From Camelus dromedarius (taxonomy: Eukaryota), in contig NC_087436.1 of NCBI RefSeq assembly GCF_036321535.1, positions 15,004,001-15,068,000 on the forward strand: a stretch of 64,000 nucleotides of DNA, written 5' to 3'. Made by a program: the position numbers and the translations under genes. Of this stretch, positions 10,189-23,155 are shown piece after piece (within the stretch, counting starts at the first letter, position 1; every line of letters begins with the position of its first letter). The notes under the pieces are model-generated. The model made no database searches and had not been told where the DNA came from. It was given only the letters and a program-made list of their open reading frames with translations.

Positions 10189-12704
10189 ACTGGGGTGGGA
10201 GAGGGGCGTCCTCTTACAGAAAGGACAGCTTCTCCGAAGGTGAAGGTGTTAACCAGCTCACCGGGGCAGGAAGGCAGGGTTGAGGAAAGCATCAGCCTGT
10301 TTTACCTTCTCTGCAGTGTTGGGTTTCAGCGGCGGGGTGGGCGGGGTATCAACTACATGAATACCTCTCCTACGTCCTCTGACTCAGCATCCATATTTGT
10401 CAGTGGCAAACAGGACAGTTTTGTAACACCTCGCCGTGGGCAATGAGGAATCAAGGGGACTTTCTGAGTCATCAACATTCTACACAGGCGAAAGCTCACA
10501 CTTCCTTCATACTGCCAAATACCTGAGGACTGATGGAGACCCAGGAGGGTGGTGATGCCAGAAAGGCTGGGGGATGAAGGGGAGGACAGGGCTGCAGTTT
10601 GTTCCTTTTATTCACCAGCTTTGCTTGACGCCCGGGCCTCGGGCCCAGCACCACACATCGGCCACCTGCCCGAAGGCACGCGCCATTCATCTTCGTGGGA
10701 TAATTTCCTTCTCTCCGACCGCAGAGAGCTCTGGGCTATCTTTGGCCAGGGAAAGAATGTTGACTGTTTGACACACTGAAACATAAATCACTCTCTCTAG
10801 GCCTTGTTAACTTTTACTTATAAACTGTTTTAATGTAGAACTGTCAGGACCCGGTGAAAATAATGGGTGGTGACAGGTTCAGGATTAAAATCTTCTCAGG
10901 TAGTTAGGATGGTGAGTTAGGTTATAAATTGCTTTTAAAGAGCTGAGGCATGGACTGTGAGTTTCATATACCTACTCCAAATGGACATCAATGAGGCAGC
11001 TGGGACAAGTACAGGCTAGTAATTCATCTTAATTATTTGTCAGCAAAGCCATCATAATAAGAGATGTCTTTCATTTTGATGAAAATGACCCTTGGTAATC
11101 TCCAAAGAGTCTTGTCTGAAAAGCACCATTGAAGGGAAGAAGGTGAGTCTTCTGGGGCTTGGGATTTTGTGCTTCAAGCAAAGAGCTAGAATCAGAAAAA
11201 TATACCAATGGATGAAGAGCTACAGCTCGAGTGTCCAGTTAGAGATGCACCCATAATTCTCTCAGAGGACCTCATTTGCTTCAGCACCAAGGCATCAGTG
11301 GGCTCTTATTTTTTCTCGGAACTTATTAGAGCTCAGGACTTACTGGACAGGGATGGCTTTTACTCACTGGGAGGCGGGGCTTTGAGGAAGGACCAGGACC
11401 TGCCACTACACCCCAGAGCGGAGGCATGGATTGTGGAATATAGAAGTTCAATGAACAGACAAAGCAAAGAGCAGCCATCTCCAGCCCTAGAGAAACAAAC
11501 TGCTTTCTTAGGGGTATATACCTGAAAAGGGTGTGTGGATGTCCAACAGGGGAAGGAGACTTGACTGGGAACCTAGGCAAGAACCGGGCTGAGCACAAGG
11601 TGGGGAGAGAGGAGCTGACCCACAGCCTTTAGAACTCAGGCCCACCCCCACTGATGCTGTCCCTCTGACAAGAATTTCTCAGTGCTTGGGGAACTCACAA
11701 TGGTCACACAGAGGCACGCCAAGAAGTCCGACTCTCAGAATCTTTTATTCACTCATTCATTCTACACTTATTGTATGCCTACTGCATGCCCACACTCTTT
11801 CAGAGCCTGGGATATTTCTGTGAATAAAACCAACAAAACCTGTCTCTTCGTGGAATATACCTTCTAGGGGGATCAGTTACTCCATGTCAAGACTCATCCA
11901 TCAAATGGGACCAAGGCTGCTTCTGTGGTTTGTTCCTTGAGATGAGGGCTGCCTGGGAAGGGGAGCCTCAGGCAGTGGGAAAACACCTGCCAGGAAATGA
12001 GCTGGAAGGATGGGCTGCCTCAGAGCCACACATCCTCTCGGGCCGATGCTTCTGGGTGGAGAAGCCTTTCTGCACCTTGGAGAAGCTCTACAATTCAATA
12101 ACAGTTCACTAAGATGTTTCTGACTCTTGAAACATGTAACTATAGCTACAGACAAACTGCATTACAGGGCTTCCGAGAACCATCTGCTAGACTTTAATTT
12201 GTTTCTGAGGACTGAGAGGATTATAAATCATGCAATAACCCATCTAGGAACATTCTTGCCTCCATATTTGCAGCTAAAAAAAAAGGCATGGGATATCATC
12301 AACTTACTTTACCATTCTTTTCTTGGTGAAAAGAAAAGAGAGGTCCTTGTTCAGGATCTCTCACTAATGGATGGAAACAATGGAATTTCATGAATACAGT
12401 GCACAATTCTACTGTATGCAAATAAAGTTTGCAAATATACTGTATGCAAATATAGTTTGAATATTGTTTAATAAATTTGAAATACTGTTCCATAGGAATT
12501 TTTAACAGGTTTTTTCTGTATTAACTGTGTAAGACTATATCATATCATCCCAAAGAGTCATTAGCAGACTCTCAGAATCATGACTGAAGAATGTACCACA
12601 TGAACATGTAAGACTGAAGGATAAAATTATGCAGGAAAGATAAGACTTCCAGCCCACTCTTCGCAGGGAATGCACTTTAGATTGTATTTCTAATAGTCAG
12701 ATCC

Positions 12705-13150
12705 TCCATTTAGCAAACATTTGTTGGGCACCTGTATTGTGCCAAGCCCAGTCCCCTCTAGGAGCTCCCAATTTAAGAGAAAAGAAACATGTAAACACAG
12801 AATCTCTAAAATAGGTTATGCTATAAAAAAGTATATTTTAAGGTACCATGGGTACACAAAAGTGGAAGCCCTTAACTCTGCCTGGCATGCTTCCCAGAGT
12901 AAAGAACATTTGTACATTCCTTGAGGAATTCCCAGCAACTGCAAAAAACTTATATAAAAGTCAGAGAGGGAAAGAAAGGGCCTGGAACATTCTAGCAACC
13001 TCAAGCACAGCATTGAGGCTGGAGCCCAGGGTTATATGAGAGAGTGATGAAAGATGAGGCTGGAAATATTGACCAAGGCCAGATCCTGGCAGGTCTGGTC
13101 AGCTATACTGGGGAATTTGGACTTAATCTTAAAGACAAGAAACAGCGTTT
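12705..13150 (-). mobile_element. L2 fragment
   Basis: atttagcaaacatttgttgggcacctgtattgtgccaag...gatgaggctggaaa...ggaatttggacttaatct. Confidence 0.65.
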
Positions 13151-13296
13151 GGAGAAAGTTTACTTTCCACTGATTCACCCACCCCTGCTCACTCCATCTT
13201 CTCTGAAATAATGGGATTTCAAGACAGTGCACTCCGTGCCCCTGACAAGTTGGGAACTAATGTATCCGTCTGAGGATTAAGCCTTGTCCTTTGCTT

Positions 13297-13650
13297 ACCT
13301 AGAGATGATCATACTAAGTGAAGTAAGTCAGACAGAGAAAGACAAGTATCATATGATGTCGTTTGTATGTGGAAAGCAAGCAGGAAGGAAGGGAGGGAGG
13401 AAGGAAGGAAGGAAGGAAAGGAAGAAAGAAAGGAAGAAAGGAAGGAAGGAAGGAAGAAAGGAAGAAAAGATACAAATTTTACTCATAAGCCAGATATAGA
13501 CTCACAGACCTAGAAAACAAACTGTGGTTATCAGGGGAGGAAGGGGGGGTAAGGAATAGATTAGGAGTTTCAGATTAATAGATACACACTACTGTATATA
13601 AAATAGATAAACAACAAGGATTTACTGTGTAGCACAGGAAACTATGTTCA
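13297..13650 (+). mobile_element. L1 3' UTR fragment containing (GGAA)n
   Basis: acctagagatgatcatactaagtgaagtaagtcagacagagaaagacaag...aaatagataaacaacaaggatttactgtgtagcacagg. Confidence 0.9.
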
Positions 13651-15548
13651 GGAGTGGGCTGACAGCCAACTAGTCCATGCTGTTTTTTCATATTTCTCTC
13701 TGCTCCTTGGCACTTTAAGAAAAGTCATATTAAAGAGTAATGTCCAGGAAATATTTTTCTTTAGATCTTGCCCAAATGACTTTCAGATGTGATGAGATGG
13801 CATGCTGTCTTATTTAACAAGTCTGGAAATGAGGAGTGAATGAGTCTATACTATTGGAGAATTTTGAAACACTTTCTTTAAATGGCACCCATTTGTTTTA
13901 TATGGGATGGGATGAAATTCAGCAAATCAAACATGTCTTTCGATATGGTGAAGATTGGAATCTGTTGACTGAACATTTCTACTTGGACTCTCATAGTTTT
14001 ACTTCAAACATCCATCAATTGCTCTGGGTGCTTGAAGTTTTTCTCTAACTGCCACTTGCTGACTTCTACTGTGGAGGAATGTGGAAAGAGAAGGTGTTGG
14101 GTGGGTTGAAAAGAGACCTGTCAATTTTCTCTATTCCATGCTGGGCTCTGACAGTGTCTTGATTTGTTGGGTGGGACAAAGCACTTAACCGTTGTGTCTC
14201 CAAACGCAAATGATGAATTCCATTCCATTTACATTGTTTATTAACAGGTAGGAGTTGCGTGTGATTAACTGCACTGTTCCCTCATTTCTTTGACCTTAAG
14301 ATGCCAGCCTCTCAAGGGGTTGCTCTACAGAGACGTACAGCAGTCAGAGCCTTAAAGGAAGTGAGCAAATGCTCAATGGATGATAATGGTGAGGAGAAAA
14401 CTCACCTGACTTCTCAGCAAATGCCAAACTCCCTGCAGGACGACAGGTGCGGAAGGTGAGCCCTACCTACTTTGGAGAGCAGGAAGAAGTGATGGAAAAT
14501 GGAAAGGAAGGTGGAGGTTCACTAAAGCTGAATCTACTCTACTTTTCCATAGGAAAGCCACTGATAATAACTCAACTGGTTCAAAATCAAATGGCAGGTC
14601 AGATCTTTGATGAATTTCAAGAGATTAAATCAGCTATGTGCTGTTGACACTTGGCCACTAAGCCCAATGGGAGTTCTTTGACCTGGCATCACCGTCAATA
14701 CCTTGGCAGATGAGGAGAGAAGCAAAGAAGTCATGAAGAGTCTAGCTATCTATTTTCCATTCACTTTATGAAGCTCTTTTCATGTTGCTCCCAAAGTCTT
14801 CCACACACAGCAGCAAAGGATACTTCTTTATCCCCAATGCCTGATAAGATGAACTACCATTCTTCTTTGTGTTTGTGTGTGTTTCTGAATCCACATGAAA
14901 TTATGGGGAAATATTTAGGGCTGGTTCCCTAAAGATTTAGGCTTTCCTTGAAACCAGCAGTTTCTAAAACGTGTTCCCCCCCCCCAAATACTAGTTTCCA
15001 AGATGCTCTTCAAATTAGAATTCCTTGATCAAGTAAGTTTGGGAAACACTTCCACAATTTATTTCCTAAGTGTTAGGGATACAGTGATGAACAAGTCATT
15101 CAATGCCTGGTCATAGCATAAGGTAAGGTTGGAGAAAAGGCAGAGACAGATCATGTAAGGTCTTGTAAACCATGGTAAGGACTTTGGCTTTTATGATTAG
15201 AACAGGCAGTTACTGGAAGATTTTAAGCAGCGTTGAGCCGGTGCATAGTGGAATATCAAGAGGAAGACATCTATAGAGCTTTGTTTAATCCAGTTATTCC
15301 AACCTATTTGACTTATAATATCTATTAACACATTAGGAAACATAATTTTGAACTAAAGAGGAGGATTCCTTTATTCCATTTTGATGTCCTTGCCCATTAT
15401 GCCCCTTTAATATAAAGATGCTGCTCCTGGACCAGGGTTTTCACTGCAAAATTGTTCCAATTTGGAAACTTAGCTACTTCCATGCTTTTCCCCAACCCTC
15501 TGTTCACAATGCTGAGTTATTCTTATTTGGATACATCAGTTTATTCCT

Positions 15549-16003
15549 TGTATTAGATAGGGTAGGATAACTGCTGAAATTAACAGACCTAGAAAATACA
15601 TACTGGCTCAAACACCGTAGAGGTGTATTTCTTGTTATGTTATAACTGCACAGGGCAGGTGAATAAGTCAGCCAGTATCCTTCCTCCATACAATCATTTG
15701 GGGATCCAGGCTGATGGAAGTTTGCCATTTTCAGTACATGGTTTCCAAGGCTCCCCTGGGGCTCATCTTCATTCTGCCCAGACAGTAGAGGAAGAGAGCA
15801 TGGGGGGGAGTTGTGATGGGCTAGGGCTGGAAGACAACCAACATGTCTGCTCACATTTAGAACTAGAAATAGTCACATGATTCCACCTGGGTGCAGAGAA
15901 GTTAGGATATGTGGTCCTTGGATGAGCAGCTACCTTCTAATGACATTCTACATTATGGAAGGGTTGCATGAAGTCTGTTATACAGCTATCCATTTCTGCT
16001 ACA
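15549..16003 (-). mobile_element. MaLR solo LTR (MLT1I/J-like)
   Basis: tgtattagatagggtagg...aaatagtcacatgattccacctgggtgcagagaagttaggatatgtggtcc...ttctgctaca. Confidence 0.7.
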
Positions 16004-18149
16004 CACCTACTATACTGACAGCTCTTTGAAGGAAGGACTGTAAGTTTTCATGCATTCATTTTTGCTAGTTTCATAAATATATCACGGTACTGGCATAAAA
16101 CAGATGTCCAATAAATGTTGGTTGAAATAAGCAATAGTACATCAAGAACTTACATAACTCAACCAGAAGGATGGAAAGAGTTGAAGAGATCATCAGAAAA
16201 CAGAATAAGGCAGCTGTGATGGTATTTCTGTTCCAAAGAAATAAACATTTGCAGAGGAAGTGGTCAAATCTGAAGTTTAATTTCTCCCTTGATTTATCTA
16301 AAGGGGGCTTTAAGCAAAGCAGAGGTGAATTTAGAGACAAGGATGAGATTTTCAGAGGCTTATCTGTAAATGAGGAAAGTGCCTTCTACATTTCTTCATT
16401 GTGTTTTTGGCCTGGACCCTCACAAAGCAGCCTGAACCCCATCAGACATCTTCTGGATCATAAATCACACAGCGGCACGGTGAGCACTAAATCAATAGAG
16501 TTTCTAATTTTTGTAAAAGCGGGAAGGTGCTTATGTAACCCTGTTGGGGAAAGAGAAGGCCACTGGCAGCTTGCCTTGTTTATCCTGAATTGGATTCACG
16601 CTTGGAGGCCTCTCCACTCCGTGGAAGCCCTTTTGCTCAGACAGCACGGGGGAAGATGCTGAAATCTGCAGTCCTTGGACACTTGATTTCCCCATGTTAT
16701 CTTGTTCTCACCAGAGTTCATTCTGCAGTTGGAACTGACTGAAGAGAGGTGTTTACAGTAGTGCTGCGCATTAGAGCATGGCTAACATTTCCTCTGCTGT
16801 AGGAGTAAGAAGAGGTGGGAACTGGAACAGAATGAGCATTTATCATCTGGGACAACTTCCCTCCCAAATGTGATCGTCACACCTCTTCAGAGAAATAAAG
16901 CATTTGGAGTGTTTCTTTTGTATGATCCAGAAGTTTTCCACTCCTAAACCCTTCACACCCCCATGATATGATCTTAAAGCAAAGAACATCTGAGCAGAAA
17001 TGCAGCCTGTCCTGTGGTCCCCTAAGCTTCTCTGCCTCCTCTGTTTATTATCCACATCCCCAAAGAGCTGAATGTTCTGGGCTGTCTTTATTGGGAAAGT
17101 GGAGTGAAAATATGTTTTTCTTTTCAGCAGAACCAAGGTGGAGAGAGGCACCAGCAGTTTAATATTCCATATGCATGGTCTGTTGAACCAGTCCAGCAGC
17201 TTTCAACAGGGCTGGATATCAAAACTGCCCTTCACAGACCAGGGAGAGTTAAGTGGGAGAGAGATAAAATGATATGACATAAATGATCGAAGCAATAAAA
17301 CTCACTGCTCAATTAGTCACTGGGAGAGGCAGGAGGTGGAGGCGATTGGTGGTTGAGGAAAAGTGTCTATCTCCTTTGCAGGGATGCTATTCATTCCACA
17401 CTGGCACCCCAACCTGCTTGGCTCAGCTGCAGATTTCAGGCTGGTTGTTAATTTTCCACGAGGTCCACCTATCTCACCCCCGACTTCTGTTACTTTAAAA
17501 TATTAGCCAGTTAAACCAAGGATATCCATTATCCTGTGCAACGCATGCCTCTGTTTTGATGGCAGTGGGAGAAACCAGCATTGTGTCTAGCCCAACCCCT
17601 GCAGGTACTCTGGGTCTCTTTCCTTCTCCCAACCTACCTTTATAAGATGGACTGAAAGTGAAAATCCTTCAAGATTCATCTAGCAACGTCTAGAAACCTT
17701 ACTGAATATATGTTTTTGTAGGCCTAACAGGCTATCAGCAAGTCCTGATACGAGATATTTCTGACAACTGCTCCTGGCCTGACCCTGGAAGGTGTTCTAG
17801 GAAATCCAGAACTAGGGCAAAATTAGCTGTGCCCCAGAAAATCTGGCCTGTCATCAAGAAAGAGTGATTTCTATTTGGAGGCACTGGTATGTGCTAATAC
17901 CCATTTTTGAATTTTTCCACTCTGGTCTTAATTAGCCCCAGTACTGTCAAAGCCTAGCCACTTAATGAGAACAATTATTCCTGGATTTCAATTAAATTGA
18001 ATTAAAAAAGTATTTTATTTGTTTTTATTTACAATTTTTATTATGAAAGTAATATAGCCGCATTATAGAGAATATGAAAAATATACCGGGGGAAAAAAAA
18101 AAGACTCCTTCTCATAATCCGCTGCCCTAACAAGACCACTGACTGAGTC

Positions 18150-19250
18150 TCGGTGCTCCTGAATCATATTTGAGGAGCAGCTACAGCAGCAGAGGTAGGG
18201 TGGTGGCAACAAACAGCTACAGGAGCAAAAGCGTAAGGCAAGAGTTTTGCAGGCTAAGTGGGAAGACCCTACGCGTGCATATAGCTTCTGTAATAGAATG
18301 GGCGCGTGCACACCGTGGTATAGGGCCTTGGAGGGAAGAAATGAATAAGGGTTGGCAGTCAGGGAGAACTCCACAAGGGTTACAGGGAATGAGTGGTACT
18401 TTAAAGGATGGACAAATGTGGTGGCTCAGTGGTAGTGGGACCGGGAGGCAGTGGCGGACCCTGTTCAGAACCAGGAAATGAATCTAGCATGTTTGTAAGG
18501 AATGAATAATTTTGGCTGAAGGATTTAAAGAAGAGGGGGGTAGTCAAATATTTAGATCTGATAGAAAGAATGAGCCCTTGTGAGAAGGGACTGTGTTATC
18601 TTGTTCACCACCAGCCCAGTGTGTGTCACACAGCGGGCACTTCATAAATTGTTGCTGTTCTGTTACTCACTAACATATGTCTAGTGACTCATGCAGTGTT
18701 TAGAATAAAGGAGATGCTTAAACAATATCTTTTTTTGACTAAATAAATCAAATGAAAGGGTGGGGTTCGATTATAGAAGGTCTGGCAATTCTGCTTCAAG
18801 ACTTGCAAGAATCTTCAAATTCGAGGGGGTGAAAGACTTATTATTGTGCGTTTTGAGTTAGGGTTGGGGGAGGAAGAGAATGACCCTAGCGGTGAGGAAA
18901 GATGAATGTGGCTGCAGAGCCCATAAACGATTGGATGGGTGAGCTCGGAGAGAGGGGAGCTGTTGGGAAATTATAATCACAAGCTAGGAGAGATGTGATG
19001 AGAGGCTGGAGGAAACGGACAGGATGGAAATAAATGAAGGAGGAAGAAACCTGAAGAATGAGTGGGTATTGGGGGAATGGCCTTGAAAAAGGCACAGTCA
19101 AAATTCCCTTAAAAGCCTTGAACTTGGAAATTGGAGCTATCAGTGAGGGACAATGGGCCGTCAAAAGTGGTTCTGCTGGCGGGAAAGGATGTATTCCATC
19201 TTGAACTTGGTGAGTTCAGAGGGACTTTAGAATATTGATCCCACAACGCA
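18150..19250 (-). mobile_element. Degraded L2 fragments
   Basis: Purine-rich strand with L2-like text (attataatcacaagctaggagagatgtgatgagaggctgg; ttccatcttgaacttggtgagttcagaggg). Confidence 0.5.
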
Positions 19251-19296
19251 GGGCCAGGGGACTCCAGTTAGGCTGGTACTAAGGGCACTCTGTAGA

Positions 19297-20120
19297 CCAA
19301 TGGTCTTCAAATATTTTTCATCATGTAGCCTTGTCAGCCAAAAATTTTTTTTGCCATTATTTATTATTATTATCTATTATGAAATTATGTACATATAATA
19401 CTATACTACAGAGTATATACTTTACAAAATATAGATAAAAATTAAAATGAAAAATAGAAGATAAAGATGAAAAAGACAGTATTTTAAAAGATTTTGCTAA
19501 CATGATGACTTCATTTGAAAGTTAATGCAAATCCAAAAAGTAGTCAACTCTAAGGGTGATGTTTATTGTGAATGAGGATAAATATGAATTCATATTTCAA
19601 ATATCCTTTTTAATAATCTTAAAATATTTTGTTTAGCTTCTTGTCAGATGTTTTTATATTATAATTTTTTTTTTTTGCCTTGAATGTGCCTGATAGAAAG
19701 CTTGTATCTGAAGGAGTGTCAGCTCTGCAGTCTTCTTATTGTTTCCTTGTGCTTGTAGTCTTAGTAGGGTAAACACATGTTCTGATTTGCTTAGGATATT
19801 TCCAGTTCACACTGATTTCCTGGTATGGCGATTGAGAGGGCCTCTTTTCCTCTCAAAGAGTCCCCATTTGAATGACAAATTAGAAAATCACCCTCATTAT
19901 GAGAATTATCTTCAATTCAGTTTTATTGTAGGAAACTTTTTAAGCCATTTGTTCATCTTGGGTGAGTTAGTTTGACTAAAAATAAAGGATGTGAACCCAC
20001 TTGGCAGGCACACATAAGCAACCATGCAGTAATATGCTACAATTGTGTTCAGTGAGTGGGAGGCTGTCTCCTTCCCTCGTGGGGCATCCATTCAGACCTC
20101 AGAGCCACCCTACACCACAC
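19297..20120 (-). mobile_element. hAT-Charlie DNA transposon remnant
   Basis: Terminus caatggtcttcaaatattttt; reverse strand near 19957 reads atgaacaaatggcttaaaaag (MNKWLKK), similar to Charlie/Buster transposase starts. Confidence 0.55.
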
Positions 20121-20459
20121 GTGAGCCATGCCTATCTGACTTTTAGACTTAATAAAGACTCAATGTCCATGGAAAGACAAATGACTAACAAAGCTTGATT
20201 CCTGCCTTTGTATTTGCATAAAAAAGAATTAGGTGTTTGTTAGAACATTGCCTTTAGTTAATTGCCTCGTGCACACAGTGGAAATATCCACTCTACTTCG
20301 ATCTCTTGAAGGGTCAGCCTTATTTCTGTCTCTATCCCCAAAACCTGGTGCTGTATCTAACACATAGGAGGTGTCTGAGTTGTTCAAGGAATAATGAATG
20401 AATTATATACGTGAATGAGAGACCTTCAGGTGAAATGCAGGACTGCAAGTGTTAAGGAG

Positions 20460-20650
20460 ACACGAAGATCTATTGAGTACTTTTCTTGGACCCAACACTT
20501 TCACTAACGTTTTCGTGTAATCCTTCCTATAACTGGGGTAGATGTGCTACATTATCCCACCCTTGCAGATGAAAGTGAAGCTCGGGGAATTACATAATTT
20601 GTCCAAGGGAAGTGGCAGAGCCAGGTTCTGCCTGACTTCTAACCCATGCT
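20460..20650 (-). mobile_element. MIR
   Basis: attatcccacccttgcagatgaaagtgaagctcggggaattacataatttgtccaagg...gtggcagagccagg. Confidence 0.7.
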
Positions 20651-21139
20651 CTTGCCAGGGGTTGGGAGCACAGAGGTAATATTCAAAGACATGAAAATCA
20701 ATGAGTTCTTCAATGCAAAGAATGTAAAACCAGAGAAGAAGAGGCCCATGGTTGGAGTTTGGGGAATCACCCACAGGTAAGGACCAGCAAGAGGAGGAGA
20801 GGATGGAGAGGGGTGAGGGGGACCAGGAAAAGTGCTGAGTGATGACATCCACCCAGGAGAAGAGAGTGTCCTCAGGAAAGGAGGATGACCTGTTCAGGAC
20901 CTGCCATGGACCCAAGAAATGAGGGCTGAAGGAAGAGGGACTGGTGATCTCTCATAATATAATTAAACAATGGGGATAAAGACCACAATGCAGGGAGTTA
21001 AAGAGAGAGTGGCTGATGAGGAAATACATTGAGGAGAAGCACATCCTCATCTGGGAAGCTTATCACTGAAAGGGAGTTGAAGACCCAGAGGACCAGACAA
21101 AGTTTTCTCAAATCGCAGGAATTTGGGGCATTTGTGAAA

Positions 21140-21480
21140 ACGTAGCAGAGATGATGGTTCACCTAATAGTCCGTCCACTCCGCCACATTTCCCAGCCTTC
21201 TTTGCAAATAAACTAGGACTATGTGATTAGATCTGGCCGTGGACCAAGAATAGGGAGACATGTGCTTTTGGTAGAGGCTAATGAGAGCCGATGAGCTTTC
21301 TCCATCATCCTTTCCCCCCTACTTGGCGTGTCCAGGGGCTACGCATTCCAGATAACATTGCTTCGTAACCGAGGGGGAGCCACACAACCCTTATCAGACT
21401 GTGAAAGTGAGACATTGGTCTCTGCTGCGTTAAGCCAATGAAATTAGGGTGCTATTTGAGACAACAGCTAATGTCAATCA
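21140..21480 (+). mobile_element. Old MaLR LTR (MLT1H/I-like)
   Basis: cacatttcccagccttctttgca...tgcgttaagccaatgaaattagggtgctatttg. Confidence 0.6.
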
Positions 21481-22309
21481 TTCCAAGGAGAAGAGACGAG
21501 AGAGGGAAAGGATAAGTCTGAGAAGAGCACTTTTACAATTTGGGAAAGAATGGGGTTTTGGAAGAACAGCTCTTCCCTTTGAAGTGCAGGAAAGGATGAG
21601 AGGGCTGGGGTCAGGCTGAGGGCTTGCTTAGGATGATCTCATCTTTGGCAAGGAGAGGGTGAGAGGTCAACTGCCGAGCTCACTGCGTGGGGATGGGCTT
21701 GGGGATAGAAGGGAGACTGCAGGGTCTGAAACAGTTGCCACCCTCCTGCGTCAACTAGAGAATCCATGAGAGATCAACAAAGGGATTGCTTACCTAGAGC
21801 TCAGCTCGAGTTGGATAACTCATCAGGAAACCTAGACAGAGCTAGAAAAAGTCCAGAGGAGAAGGGCTGAAATGATCAAGGAAATGTGATTTTCTTGTAG
21901 GAAGACAAGCTAAGATGATTGAAACTCTTCCGCCTGGAAGCACAAAGGCTGAGCAAGATATGATCAAAGGGTTTGTCTTCTGAAGGGGACAGGAGGAGAG
22001 GCGGAGACAGTCTGGCTCATGGGAACTTGCAAAACCGTGCAAAAGAGCAAGTCCAGAAACCTGAAAGAGGTGGTTTGAACATAAAGGACCAAAGTGCCAC
22101 TTTCTATAGCAGGCTCATTCTGGGCATAAGGTGTGGCAAAAATGTAAACATAAATCGAGCAGGAAACTGACTTCCAGACTCGATTTGCAAAGTTCGTCCA
22201 AACATGAAATATAAATAAACCAGAATTCTGCAAGCTCAAAAGCAGAGTAGAAATAGAATGTGGTTTTGAGACAGAGACCTGGTTTTAAACTCTCATACTG
22301 ACTCTATTC

Positions 22310-22690
22310 CATTGTTCATTCGAGAAATATTTACCAAACACCTACTATGTACCAGCACTGAGCCACATAACAGAGTCTAGCAGCAAATGAGGCATGGGTG
22401 GTCCCTGCCTCCAAAAAGTTTACAGTCTAACAGAGAAGGCAGATATCAAATAAATGATGGCAAAAATCATTATTTAAATTACAATTTTGATAAGTGCCTC
22501 CAAGGACAAGCACAAGGTGCTGTGAGAGCACCTGGAGGGACTGGACTAATCTGGGATGGGGGGAGGATGGTTCCTAGAAGGAGCGACATTGGAACTGTAA
22601 TTTACATGATTAGTAAGGATTGGCAAATGAAGAGGGAGGACAGGAGAGTTTCAGGCACAAGAAAAGCAGAAGCAAAGGCCCTGAGGCCAG
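22310..22690 (-). mobile_element. L2 3' fragment
   Basis: ttcattcgagaaatatttaccaaacacctactatgtaccagcactg...gtccctgcctcc...tttacagtcta...gcaaaggccctgagg. Confidence 0.75.
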
Positions 22691-22759
22691 CAAGACCCTT
22701 ACCCTCTCTGAGCCTTAGTTTCCCCATCTGGATCAAATGCTCTCGGTGGCCAACATAAG

Positions 22760-23155
22760 GCCGCTATCCACATCTGCTGACTGTGAGGTTGGCTGCTAAC
22801 AGCTCAGAGCTGCCCCTTTGAAAAATTTGTTCACATCACATGGAAACAGCTGGAAGATTTTGGTTCCCTTATCGCATCTTCACTCTGTGCAGGTAGGGAG
22901 GGATATACGCAGCCCATGGTCAAGGACTGATTGACACAGTTACAGGCAGCCAGCCCCTCCCCATGCTGTCTGTCCTGCTCCAGAGCCTGGGCGGGATCTG
23001 GCTGAGTCTGGGCTTCAACTGATACCATGTCTTTGTTTTACTTCCTCTCCTGCCTCGTCCTGTGGTCCTCACTCACAGGTTGCTCTCCTGACAGTGTTCC
23101 CTCCGTCACAAGAATCTCATTTCAGGCTCTGCATCTGGGAACACCACTCAGGATG
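22760..23155 (+). mobile_element. LTR16-like ERVL solo LTR
   Basis: acagctcagagctgccccttt...ggatctggctgag...cacaagaatctcatttcaggctctgcatctgggaac. Confidence 0.65.
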
